This document shows positions 1-10,335 of a stretch of DNA of 64,000 nucleotides, piece by piece. Every line of letters begins with the position of its first letter. Within the stretch, counting starts at the first letter, position 1. Under the pieces are notes generated by a model. It made no database searches and was not told the origin of the DNA. It saw nothing but the letters and a program-made list of their open reading frames with translations. The position numbers were made by a program, and so were the translations under genes. Origin of the DNA: Patescibacteria group bacterium (lineage in GTDB: Bacteria; Patescibacteriota; Patescibacteriia; Patescibacteriales; UBA12465); NCBI GenBank assembly GCA_034002925.1, contig JAVEZP010000003.1:11712-75711 (forward strand), read 5' to 3'.

Positions 1-1
1 A

Positions 2-424
2 GCAAAAAATGTGCTTGATAAGATTGTGCTTCCTGTTGATGTGGTGGTTAAAGATAATCGTGGTTACTGTCGTAGTCGTGATGTTAAAGAAGTAAAAAAG
101 AGTGATACTATTTTAGATGTGGGGCCACAAACTATTAGTTTATTTAGTGCTTATATTAAAAAAGCTCAAACGATTGCTTGGAATGGTCCTTTAGGTAAGT
201 TTGAGGAGTCGGCTTATAAACATGGAACTTTAGCTATTGCGGCGATAATTGCAGCGCGGTCTACGGGTGCGGCTTTTGGAGTGGTTGGTGGCGGTGAAAC
301 CGTTGCAGCTTTAAAATTAACACAAATGCAAGGTCATGTTGATTGGGTATCAACAGGAGGTGGGGCGATGTTGTCTTATTTAGGTGGAGAAAAAATGCCG
401 GGTTTAAAAAACATTATTTCTTAA
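2..424 (+). CDS. pgk: Phosphoglycerate kinase, C-terminal part (5' end outside window)
   Basis: Frame is open from the window edge. C-terminal PGK blocks present: WNGPLGKFE, GGGETVAAL, STGGGAMLSYLGGEKMPG. Directly upstream of enolase. Confidence 0.88.
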   Translation, partial: AKNVLDKIVLPVDVVVKDNRGYCRSRDVKEVKKSDTILDVGPQTISLFSAYIKKAQTIAWNGPLGKFEESAYKHGTLAIAAIIAARSTGAAFGVVGGGETVAALKLTQMQGHVDWVSTGGGAMLSYLGGEKMPGLKNIIS

Positions 425-434
425 ATCAATATTT

Positions 435-1745
435 ATGGTTAAGAAAATTTCTAATCAAATTGAAGCTATTAATGCGCGAGAAATTTTAGATTCTCGTGGC
501 TATCCTACGCTAGAGGTTTGTCTACGTTTAGCTTCTGGGCAAAGGACTAAAGCAAGTGTGCCGGTTGGTTTACATCATAATGCTCGTGTTAAATATTTAC
601 ATGATGGCGATCGACGTCGTTTTGAGGGTCGCGGTGTATTGTTAGCTGCTAATCATATCAATGAATTAATCGCACCTAGATTATTAGGCATGTCTGTTTT
701 AGAGCAAGAACAAATTGACCGTTTATTAATTGATTTAGATTCTACAGATGATAGAAGTCAATTGGGAGCTAATACTATTTTAGCCGTGTCTTTGGTTGTT
801 GCCAGAGCGGCAGCCTTGAGTGAGGGTAGGGAATTATTCGCTTATTTAAGAGATAGTTTTAATTTGAACACAACTGATCGTTTGCCTACGCCATTATTTA
901 ATATGTTTAGCGGTGGCAGTCACGCCGATACTAATCTTGATTTTAAAGAATTTTTATTAATCCCTCGGCCCGAGTCAGCTAGTTTTCAGGCTAGTAGTCG
1001 CGAGGGTAGTATGGAAAAAATAGTAAGAGCGGGAGCGGAAGTTTATCATGCTTTAGCTAAAATTTTAATTAGTGCTGGTTATGATTCAGATACTGGCTTA
1101 GAAGGTGGTTATTCTCCCGACATGGATTCAAGTTTAAAAGCCTTAGATTTAATTTTAGCAGCAATTACAAGAGCTGGTTATCGGGTAGAGGAAGACTTTA
1201 ATCTTGGTTTAGATATTGGTTCGGCTCAGTTGTATAACAAAGAAGATAATCAATATATTTTTACTTTAGATAATTTATACTTTAGTGCTACCAATTTAGT
1301 TTCTCTGTATGAAGAATGGTTGAATAAATATCCAATTACTTATTTAGAGGATGGCTTAGCGGCTGATGATTGGCCGGCTTGGCGCCAAGCGACTGCCGCT
1401 TTAGGAGATAAATTAGTTCTAGCAGGTGATGATTTATTTACTAGTAGTATTGAACGTCTACGTCGGGGAATAGCTGAACAAGCTGCTAATGCTTTTGTTT
1501 TGAAACCTAATCAAATTGGAACCTTGACAGAAACAATAGAATGTGCGAAATTAGCTCAAAGGCAGAATTATCGCTTGATTGTTTCTCATCGTGGAGGCGA
1601 AACTAATGATGACTTTATTGTTGATTTGGCAGTCGCTCTGGGTGCTCAATTTATTAAAGCCGGTTCTTTGTCACGAGGAGAGAGAGTGGCTAAATATAAT
1701 CGCTTAACAGAGATTGCCATGATCATTAATCGTATGAAAAAATAG
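435..1745 (+). CDS. eno: Enolase (divergent catalytic loop)
   Basis: Enolase blocks INAREILDSRGYPTLEV, GGSHAD, LEDGL, AGDDLF, KPNQIGTLTE, SHRGGETND, IKAGSLSRGERVAKYNRL. The usual SGASTG loop reads VGLHHN. Confidence 0.9.
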   Translation: MVKKISNQIEAINAREILDSRGYPTLEVCLRLASGQRTKASVPVGLHHNARVKYLHDGDRRRFEGRGVLLAANHINELIAPRLLGMSVLEQEQIDRLLIDLDSTDDRSQLGANTILAVSLVVARAAALSEGRELFAYLRDSFNLNTTDRLPTPLFNMFSGGSHADTNLDFKEFLLIPRPESASFQASSREGSMEKIVRAGAEVYHALAKILISAGYDSDTGLEGGYSPDMDSSLKALDLILAAITRAGYRVEEDFNLGLDIGSAQLYNKEDNQYIFTLDNLYFSATNLVSLYEEWLNKYPITYLEDGLAADDWPAWRQATAALGDKLVLAGDDLFTSSIERLRRGIAEQAANAFVLKPNQIGTLTETIECAKLAQRQNYRLIVSHRGGETNDDFIVDLAVALGAQFIKAGSLSRGERVAKYNRLTEIAMIINRMKK

Positions 1746-1746
1746 T

Positions 1747-2640
1747 ATGGTAACCAGTGAAGCTCAAAATGCAGACGAAGATCTTAGTAAAAAACATCCT
1801 AAAATTTTATGTTTGTTTTTAGATGGCTTAGGAGTAGCAGCAGATAGTGAATTTAATGCTGTTACTAAAGCAAAGCTCATGCATTTAAAAAAATATGTGC
1901 GAGATTTTCCGGTGACTTTGCTGGCTGGTACCACTAAAGATGAAAATAGACGTTATTGGTCTTTAGGGACAGGACTAGAAGACAATAGTGATATTTTTCC
2001 TCAAGCTTTGAGTTCAGTGGTGGAAATTATTAGTCAACATAATTTAAAACAATTAAAGATCTGCGCTAGTGAGCAGGCACTGTCTCTTAATTTGTTTTTT
2101 AATAATTATAAAGGCTCACCCTATTTAGAAGAAAAACGTGTTTGTATTAATACCCCTTCTGAAGAAGACACTTTAAATGATTTGGCTAAAGATTTGAGTC
2201 GTTTAATCCGTGATAATTATCAATCTGGTAAATATGATGTTATTTATGCTAGTTTGCCTTTAGCTCATGAAGCGGCTTGGCGGGGTGATTTTAAAAAAGC
2301 GATTAAAGCATTAGAGGCCTTAGATAAGCTATTAGCTAAAATTATTAATCCGATTATTAATGCTGGTGATTTAGTGTTGTTGCTTTCTCCTTATGGCAAT
2401 ATTGAAAGAACGAGAGATATTTTAGGTGATTGGGACGATAAAGAAGCGACTCATAATCCGGTTCCTTTTTTACTCTTAGGGGCGGAATATGAAGGTAAAA
2501 CAATTGGTTTAGCTGATCCTTTAGATGGTGATTTAAGTATTTTAGCGCCAGGTGGTACTTTGGCTGATTTTGCACCTACATTATTATCTTTGTTAAACAT
2601 AGATAAACCAAAGTTTATGACTGGAGAAAGTTTAATTTAA
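1747..2640 (+). CDS. Miniaturised cofactor-independent phosphoglycerate mutase-like protein (alkaline-phosphatase superfamily core only)
   Basis: N-terminus LFLDGLGV..NAV resembles iPGM LIILDG..GNAV. C-terminus ATHNPVPFLLLG...LADFAPTLLSLLNIDKPKFMTGESLI resembles iPGM TAHT.NPVP...L.DLAPT.L.LLG...P.EMTGKSLI. Only 297 aa, against about 510 for iPGM as I recall it. Confidence 0.6.
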   Translation: MVTSEAQNADEDLSKKHPKILCLFLDGLGVAADSEFNAVTKAKLMHLKKYVRDFPVTLLAGTTKDENRRYWSLGTGLEDNSDIFPQALSSVVEIISQHNLKQLKICASEQALSLNLFFNNYKGSPYLEEKRVCINTPSEEDTLNDLAKDLSRLIRDNYQSGKYDVIYASLPLAHEAAWRGDFKKAIKALEALDKLLAKIINPIINAGDLVLLLSPYGNIERTRDILGDWDDKEATHNPVPFLLLGAEYEGKTIGLADPLDGDLSILAPGGTLADFAPTLLSLLNIDKPKFMTGESLI

Positions 2641-2688
2641 AAATTAGTTATTTATATAGTTTTTTACAAATAAAAAAGGAGGTATCTG

Positions 2689-2907
2689 ATGCAAGACATG
2701 AGCATGGATGAAAAAAAATCCTTGGAACAAATGTGGAATAATTTTTCTCATTTTATTCCCGGTTGTGTCGTGGTTCAACAAACAAGAACCAAGAGACATG
2801 AAAGTAATCGCCAGTTGCTTGATTATGAATCTGTTGGACCTGGTTATTCTTTAGGAGTCTTTGGCATTGCGCCAATGCCTAACAAAAACAAAAGACCGAG
2901 TCTTTAA
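2689..2907 (+). CDS. Small hypothetical protein (72 aa)
   Basis: Preceded by the strongest Shine-Dalgarno in the window (AAAGGAGGT, 7 nt before the ATG). Stop codon sits inside a terminator hairpin. No recognisable family. Confidence 0.45.
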   Translation: MQDMSMDEKKSLEQMWNNFSHFIPGCVVVQQTRTKRHESNRQLLDYESVGPGYSLGVFGIAPMPNKNKRPSL

Positions 2908-2921
2908 GACCGGTCTTTTTT
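2891..2921. terminator. Bidirectional rho-independent terminator
   Basis: AAAGACCG...CGGTCTTT stem followed by a T-run on + and by TTTTGTTTTT on the - strand. Lies between convergent genes. Confidence 0.6.
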
Positions 2922-2937
2922 AATTTGTTTTGTTTTG

Positions 2938-3375
2938 TTACAAGCCCAATAAGAAACCAATAATACTAATACCAATGCCAATTAAAGCGCCAATCAGCAC
3001 TTGAATGGGTGTGTGTCCGATTCTCTCTAATAGACGAGGGTAGTAATCATCTAGAAAGTCGTCCTCTTTTAAATCTTTGACTAAGATATTAAGAGTTTTA
3101 CCGTGTTGTCCAAGATAATTACGTAGACCAATAGCATCGGTGATAACCACCATCATAAAGACAAAGGCAATAGCAAAGCTGGCTGAGAATAATCCATCGC
3201 GTAACAAGACTATGGTGGCTAAAGAAGTGACGGTGGCCGTGTGTCCACTAGGCATGTCTGAATAAGCAAATAAATCGTGCCAATGAAAGCTTTTTTTACG
3301 CCAACTTTTAATCAAGACTTTAGTGCCTTGAGCTAAGGAGAAGGCAATGATGGGGTAGATTAAATAAGGTAACAT
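2938..3375 (-). CDS. DUF212-type (acid phosphatase/vanadium haloperoxidase-related) membrane protein
   Basis: Four hydrophobic helices. Motifs AQGTKVLIK and DMPSGHTATVTSLA are typical of PF02681-like proteins. Confidence 0.7.
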   Translation of the reverse strand: MLPYLIYPIIAFSLAQGTKVLIKSWRKKSFHWHDLFAYSDMPSGHTATVTSLATIVLLRDGLFSASFAIAFVFMMVVITDAIGLRNYLGQHGKTLNILVKDLKEDDFLDDYYPRLLERIGHTPIQVLIGALIGIGISIIGFLLGL

Positions 3376-3376
3376 A

Positions 3377-5500
<2,124 letters not shown>

Positions 5501-5608
5501 TTATTAATATTATTTTTTGTTGTTTTAGGGCTAAGATTAGTCTTGACATTAGTTCTTTTTTCTTTTAATATAGAATTTCCTAGTACATTTTAAACCAATT
5601 TTAAGAAG

Positions 5609-5851
5609 ATGAAAAAACTAAAAAAGCAGCTCAAAAAAGAAATTGCTTTGACTAAGATTGTTAGTCAAGTTATGTCTGTAGTGACAACTAAGTCGAAGTC
5701 TCCGAAATTTAACCCCAATGAGGGCGTTAGAATTTGTCCTATCTGTGGACACAGTTCCGCTAAAAATTTGAATTTTTGCCCAGTGTGCCAAAATTTCAAA
5801 AATGGCGCTAAGGAGACAATTCGTCCTCGTCGGGACCAATTTAAATATTGA
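5609..5851 (+). CDS. Small basic zinc-ribbon protein (80 aa)
   Basis: CPICGH-x10-CPVC pair. TTGACA-17-TAATAT promoter upstream (about 5544-5572) and a terminator downstream. The antisense ORF 5618..5839 lacks such signals. Confidence 0.5.
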   Translation: MKKLKKQLKKEIALTKIVSQVMSVVTTKSKSPKFNPNEGVRICPICGHSSAKNLNFCPVCQNFKNGAKETIRPRRDQFKY

Positions 5852-5872
5852 TTTTCTTTTTTCTTCTTTGCT

Positions 5873-5901
5873 AAGACCTGATAAATATCGGGTCTTTTTT
5901 T
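5873..5901 (+). terminator. Rho-independent terminator
   Basis: AAGACCTG-ataaatat-CGGGTCTT hairpin followed by T7. Confidence 0.6.
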
Positions 5902-5974
5902 GTTGTTTTAATATTAGATAAAAATAGGCAAAATATTTGGCTTTTTTTCATTTTTGCGCTATCTTATTGAGTAT

Positions 5975-7216
5975 ATGTTTAAAGATAAAAAAAGAATTAT
6001 ATTAATAACTATTATTATTCTTCTATTGTTAGCGGCAGTCTTTTATTACTATCAACAAGCTTTTGCTAGTCGAGCGATTGTAGAAGCTCCTGCTTCAGAA
6101 GATAATCAGATTAGTGAACAGATGGAGCTTTCACCTTATGTGATTGAGAAAATAGAAATTTTAGCTGGTGACACTTTTGGACAAGTCGCAGAGAGAGCTG
6201 CTTTAAGTGCAAAAGAAGCGGCAGCTATTTATGAGGCTGCTAAAGAAGTTTATGACTTAGCTAGAATTAAAGCTGGTGCTTATTTAGAATTAATTTACGA
6301 TCGTCAAACTAATGAATTACTAGAGGTAGTTTATAAGATTGATAGTGAAGAAGAATTAGTGATTATAGTTCAAGCTGATAAATCTTTTATAGCTCAATTA
6401 CGTCCAATTGCTTATGATGTTAAAGTAGTACATAAAGAGGCTAAAATTTCTGACTCACTTTATCTCTCAGCTTTAGAGGTAGGCATGGATGAAAAGGCGA
6501 TTATTGCTTTAGCGGAAGCTTTTCAGTGGAGTATTGATTTTGCCATGGATCCCCGTGTAGGTGATACTTTTAAAGTAATTTATGAAGAGCGTTATTTGCA
6601 AGGCGAATATGTTCGTCCTGGTAAAATTTTAGCCGCTCGCTATGTTAATGATGGCACTGCCTATGAATTATATTATTTCCATGAAACTGATGATAATGAA
6701 GGTTATTTTGATAAAGAAGGGAATTCAGTACAAAAAATGTTTTTAAAAGCACCTGTTGCTTTTAAATATATTTCTTCTGGCTTTACCACTGGTCTTCGTT
6801 ATGTAGAAGCTTTTAATGTTTCAACTGGTCATCGAGCTATTGATTACGCCGCTCCTTCAGGGACACCTATTCGTTCCGTAGGTGATGGCACTGTTACTTT
6901 TGCCGGCTGGAATGGGCCTTATGGTTATATGGTGAGTGTGCGTCATAATGGCACTTATTCTACTAACTACGCTCATATGTCTAAAATGACTGTAAAGAAA
7001 GGCGCGAAAGTCAAGCAAGGTGACGTGATTGGCTACGTTGGTTCTACGGGCTTTTCCACTGGTCCTCATTTACATTATGAGATGGTGAGAAATGGCATTA
7101 AAATTAATCCTTTGAATGAAGTGCTACCACCAGGACAAGCAATTAGTGCAGAGCATAAAGAGCGCTTCTTACAAAGTATTGCCGATTGGCAAGGTGAGTT
7201 AAGGCAAATGCAGTAG
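5975..7216 (+). CDS. M23 family metallopeptidase (peptidoglycan endopeptidase), N-terminal membrane anchor
   Basis: HRAIDYAAPSGTPIRSVGDGTV and YVGSTGFSTGPHLHYEM (HxxxD / HxH M23 signature). N-terminal TM helix. ATG at 5975 preferred over the TTG at 5954. Confidence 0.85.
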   Translation: MFKDKKRIILITIIILLLLAAVFYYYQQAFASRAIVEAPASEDNQISEQMELSPYVIEKIEILAGDTFGQVAERAALSAKEAAAIYEAAKEVYDLARIKAGAYLELIYDRQTNELLEVVYKIDSEEELVIIVQADKSFIAQLRPIAYDVKVVHKEAKISDSLYLSALEVGMDEKAIIALAEAFQWSIDFAMDPRVGDTFKVIYEERYLQGEYVRPGKILAARYVNDGTAYELYYFHETDDNEGYFDKEGNSVQKMFLKAPVAFKYISSGFTTGLRYVEAFNVSTGHRAIDYAAPSGTPIRSVGDGTVTFAGWNGPYGYMVSVRHNGTYSTNYAHMSKMTVKKGAKVKQGDVIGYVGSTGFSTGPHLHYEMVRNGIKINPLNEVLPPGQAISAEHKERFLQSIADWQGELRQMQ

Positions 7217-7272
7217 GCTGGGTTTTTTTCGGAAAATGATTTATTATTATAGTATAAGATTAATATTTTTAT

Positions 7273-8217
7273 ATGGCTAAGATTTTAGTAACTGGTGGCG
7301 CTGGTTTTATTGGTTCAATTTTAAGTGATCAACTGATTACTGACGGTCATCAAGTAACTATTTTAGATAATTTACTTTCCGGACAGCGTGATTATGTGAA
7401 TGATCAAGCAGATTTTTGGCAAATTGATCTTGGGAGTGAGGATTTAAAGGAGCGCTTTTTAGCTGCTCGTTTTGATTTAGTTTTTCATTTAGCCGCTCAA
7501 ATTGATGTCCGAAAATCAGTAGAGGATCCGGCTTTTGATAATCAGATTAATGTCTTAGCTGGTCTTAATTTATTAGAAGCTTGTCGACAGAGCGGAGTCA
7601 AAAAAATTATTTTTAGTTCTACCGGTGGTGCTATCTATGGCGAGAGTGATGAAATCCCTACCAGTGAATATGCCCCTGCCTATCCCTTGTCTCCCTATGG
7701 CATTAACAAATTAGCATTTGAGAAATATCTGAATTATTACTACCAAGTTTTTGGTCTCAATTATACCGTGTTACGTTTCGCTAATGTTTATGGCCCACGT
7801 CAGTATAAAGGCGGTGAAGCGGGAGTTATTGCCATTTTTACCGAAGCGGCGGCGAGTGATACAGCTTGTACTTTGTATGGGGATGGTTTGCAAACTAGAG
7901 ATTTTGTTTATGTTGATGACGTAGTAGACGCTTTAATTAAAGCCAGTCAAATTGATTGTCGTGGTGAGATTAATATTAGCACAGGAGTGGAGACTAGTAT
8001 TTTAGATATGATTCAAGCTATTGAGAAGGCGGCGGGTAAAAAGTTGTTGTTAAACAAAGAAGCGGCTCGAGCAGGAGAGCAAAGAAGAAGCGTCTTGTTA
8101 AATAGGCGCGCTTTAGAAACTTTAAATTGGCGCCCACAAGTGTCTTTAGAAGAAGGAGTTGCCAGAGCTTATCATTGGGTTAAGTCTTTAAAAGTAGCAA
8201 AAAATAATCTTAATTAA
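7273..8217 (+). CDS. NAD-dependent epimerase/dehydratase (UDP-glucose 4-epimerase-like)
   Basis: ILVTGGAGFIGS Rossmann motif. SPYGINKLAFE (YxxxK) catalytic motif of extended SDRs. Confidence 0.8.
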   Translation: MAKILVTGGAGFIGSILSDQLITDGHQVTILDNLLSGQRDYVNDQADFWQIDLGSEDLKERFLAARFDLVFHLAAQIDVRKSVEDPAFDNQINVLAGLNLLEACRQSGVKKIIFSSTGGAIYGESDEIPTSEYAPAYPLSPYGINKLAFEKYLNYYYQVFGLNYTVLRFANVYGPRQYKGGEAGVIAIFTEAAASDTACTLYGDGLQTRDFVYVDDVVDALIKASQIDCRGEINISTGVETSILDMIQAIEKAAGKKLLLNKEAARAGEQRRSVLLNRRALETLNWRPQVSLEEGVARAYHWVKSLKVAKNNLN

Positions 8218-8218
8218 T

Positions 8219-8950
8219 ATGAACAAATTAATTGTAGCTAATTGGAAAATGCAACTTTTGCCTACAGAAGCTCAAAGTTTAACAAATTCTTTTGTTAAAT
8301 CTTTGGAGTTTAAAAAAAATAAAGTGGTGCTTTGTCCAGATTTTTTGAGCCTTAATTTAGTAGCACCATTATTAATGAAAACGCCAATTATTTTAGGGGC
8401 TCAAGATGTGGCTGCTTTTACTAAAGGCGCTTATACTGGTGAGGTTTCAGCAGAAGCCTTAGCTGCGGTGGGCGTGACTTATGTTTTAGTTGGTCATAGT
8501 GAAAGACGTTCTTATCTTCAGGAGAGTGATAAGTTATTAGCGGCTAAATTAAAACAAGCGCTGCAATTTAAATTAACACCTATTCTTTGTGTGGGAGAAA
8601 ATGCCGCCGAACGAAAACAGGGGAGAGCTAATGTTGTGATTAGGCAACAATTAAAGAATGCTTTAAATACACTCACGCCTAAAGAAATAAAAAAAATTTA
8701 TATTGCCTATGAGCCAGTATGGGCCATTGGTTCAGGTTTGTCTTGCGATGTAGAACAAGCGATAGCGATGAAACAGATGATAGTTGATAGGTGTCATAAG
8801 ATGGGAGCACCTAAGATGAAAGTCTTGTATGGCGGCAGTGTAAAAGCTGATAATGCCCGATTTTTCTTAAAAAGTGGAGCTTTTGATGGTCTTTTAGTTG
8901 GTGGGGCTAGTTTAGAGATAAATGAATTTCAAAAAATAGTTTCCATATAA
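8219..8950 (+). CDS. tpiA: Triosephosphate isomerase
   Basis: IVANWKM, VGHSERR, IAYEPVWAIGSG, YGGSV. Confidence 0.93.
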   Translation: MNKLIVANWKMQLLPTEAQSLTNSFVKSLEFKKNKVVLCPDFLSLNLVAPLLMKTPIILGAQDVAAFTKGAYTGEVSAEALAAVGVTYVLVGHSERRSYLQESDKLLAAKLKQALQFKLTPILCVGENAAERKQGRANVVIRQQLKNALNTLTPKEIKKIYIAYEPVWAIGSGLSCDVEQAIAMKQMIVDRCHKMGAPKMKVLYGGSVKADNARFFLKSGAFDGLLVGGASLEINEFQKIVSI

Positions 8951-8957
8951 TTCAATT

Positions 8958-9791
8958 ATGCTGACAACACTTGCTTGGATTTTTTTAATCCTTTCTATTC
9001 TTATTATGCTTATTCTAGCTTTGCGACGTTTTCCAGCCTTAGCGATTTTGAATGTGGACAATATGCCTGGACAAAAAGAGGCTAAGTTTAAAGAGAAGAT
9101 TATGAAGCAACGCTTAGAAAGGGATTTAAGCGCTTGGTCGGGTCGTCTAAACCGCTTAAGACGGCAAGTGGGTGGATTCATTAGTTCTTTTTTAAAGAAA
9201 CGTCATCAGCGTTTAATGAAAGTCAAGAATGATTTAAGGAAATATCGCAAATTAACTTGGCGAGAAAAACAAGATCAAATTGATTTATTATTTCTCAAAG
9301 CAAATAAAGCTTTAGAGGCAGAAGATTATGAACAAGCAGAAGCACGGTTAATTGAAATTATTAGTTTAGACCCTAAAAGAGTGAAGGCTTTTTTAGAATT
9401 AGCAGAAAGTTATCGTTTACGTAAAAGCTTAAAAGAAGCGAAAGAGACTCTAGAACATGCTTTAAAATTAGCCTTAAAGTTACGTCGTGATCCAGAATTA
9501 TTGGGCAGCATCTCTATTTCTGAAATTCAATTTTCTTTAGCTTGGGTTTGTCAGGAGGCTGAATTATGGTCCGATGCTTTAGAGTATGGTCGTCAAGCCT
9601 TAGATGCGGAACCAAATAATCCTCGTTATCTTGATTTAATTTTAGATTTAAGTATAATAAAAAAAGATAAGAAATTAGCACTCGAAACTTGGGGTAAATT
9701 AGCTTTGGCTAATCCTGATAATAATAAATTAGGAGAGCTAAAAGAAAAGATTGATTTATTACCTGAAGAATTAGACAATAAGCCGTTTTAG
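8958..9791 (+). CDS. Membrane-anchored TPR-like repeat protein
   Basis: N-terminal TM helix, then helical repeats of TPR flavour (AEDYEQAEARLIEIISLDPK, WSDALEYGRQALDAEPNNP). Stop codon lies inside the tRNA-Thr gene. Confidence 0.5.
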   Translation: MLTTLAWIFLILSILIMLILALRRFPALAILNVDNMPGQKEAKFKEKIMKQRLERDLSAWSGRLNRLRRQVGGFISSFLKKRHQRLMKVKNDLRKYRKLTWREKQDQIDLLFLKANKALEAEDYEQAEARLIEIISLDPKRVKAFLELAESYRLRKSLKEAKETLEHALKLALKLRRDPELLGSISISEIQFSLAWVCQEAELWSDALEYGRQALDAEPNNPRYLDLILDLSIIKKDKKLALETWGKLALANPDNNKLGELKEKIDLLPEELDNKPF

Positions 9792-9854
9792 CTCAGTTGG
9801 TAGAGCATTTCCATGGTAAGGAAAAGGTCTCGGGTTCAAATCCCGAAAACGGCT
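9782..9854 (+). tRNA. tRNA-Thr(GGU): tRNA-Thr (anticodon GGU)
   Basis: Hand-folded cloverleaf: acceptor GCCGTTT/AAACGGC, D arm GCTC..GAGC, anticodon stem TTTCC/GGAAA with loop ATGGTAA, T arm TCGGG-TTCAAAT-CCCGA. No encoded CCA. Confidence 0.9.
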
Positions 9855-9861
9855 CAGATAA

Positions 9862-9899
9862 AAAAAAGAGACTGTCTTTAATAGACAGTCTTTTGTTTT
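9862..9899. terminator. Bidirectional rho-independent terminator
   Basis: GACTGTCT-ttaat-AGACAGTC perfect 8-bp stem flanked by A7 and TTTTGTTTT. Serves tRNA-Thr (+) and the 9898..10335 gene (-). Confidence 0.65.
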
Positions 9900-10335
9900 A
9901 TTGTTGTAAAAAATTTATCACCTCTTCATCTCCGTGTAAATCAGAGATGAAAGTTCCCAAGGTTTCAAATTGTTCTATTCTTTCTGGTGTTTCTCCAAAA
10001 AAGAATATTTTAATTTTTGGATTTGCCTGTTTTATTTTATGCAGAACGACAAACATACTTTCTTCAGCATGATGCCAATGCATATCAATATCGTTATAAT
10101 CCATATTTTGAGTTCTGGTAAATAGCACGTCGGCCTTTTTAACAGCTTTCCAGAAATCTTGGCGGTTATTGTGAATAAAGCCTCCAATAAATTTCCAACA
10201 AAGTTTGCGCTTGCTCGCTTTTTCTAGGCTAAGGTGAATAGGTCCTTGAGCACCGAAATAAAGATGTTTACGTGATGTTGGGGAAAAATCACCATGGTGA
10301 AACAATACCATTAAATGCTTTTTTTCTGCTTTCAT
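9898..10335 (-). CDS. Hypothetical protein, paralogue A (145 aa)
   Basis: Long ORF, ATGA-coupled to the upstream gene. Alternating beta/alpha pattern. Similar to the neighbour (ADVLFTRTQ vs ADILLFHRE; KIKQANPKIKIFF vs KIKAANYFIKIY). Confidence 0.5.
   Translation of the reverse strand: MKAEKKHLMVLFHHGDFSPTSRKHLYFGAQGPIHLSLEKASKRKLCWKFIGGFIHNNRQDFWKAVKKADVLFTRTQNMDYNDIDMHWHHAEESMFVVLHKIKQANPKIKIFFFGETPERIEQFETLGTFISDLHGDEEVINFLQQ

Noticed and set aside
2357-2575. 72-aa ORF on the - strand inside the iPGM-like gene
   Set aside because: Fully antisense to a longer ORF with recognisable homology blocks. No start or terminator signals and a low-complexity translation. Treated as a shadow ORF.
2908-2919. 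Perfect 12-bp palindrome AAGACCGGTCTT, a possible protein-binding or restriction-type site
   Set aside because: It is simply the 3' arm region of the bidirectional terminator. A single occurrence.
5618-5839. 73-aa - strand ORF overlapping the zinc-ribbon ORF
   Set aside because: The + strand frame has a CxxC...CxxC motif, an upstream TTGACA-17-TAATAT promoter and a downstream terminator. The - strand frame has none of these.
8912-9181. 89-aa - strand ORF spanning the tpiA/TPR-gene junction
   Set aside because: Antisense to two well-supported genes.
9797-10072. 91-aa + strand ORF starting inside tRNA-Thr
   Set aside because: It overlaps the tRNA, runs straight through a strong bidirectional terminator and is antisense to paralogue A. 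This is implausible as a gene.
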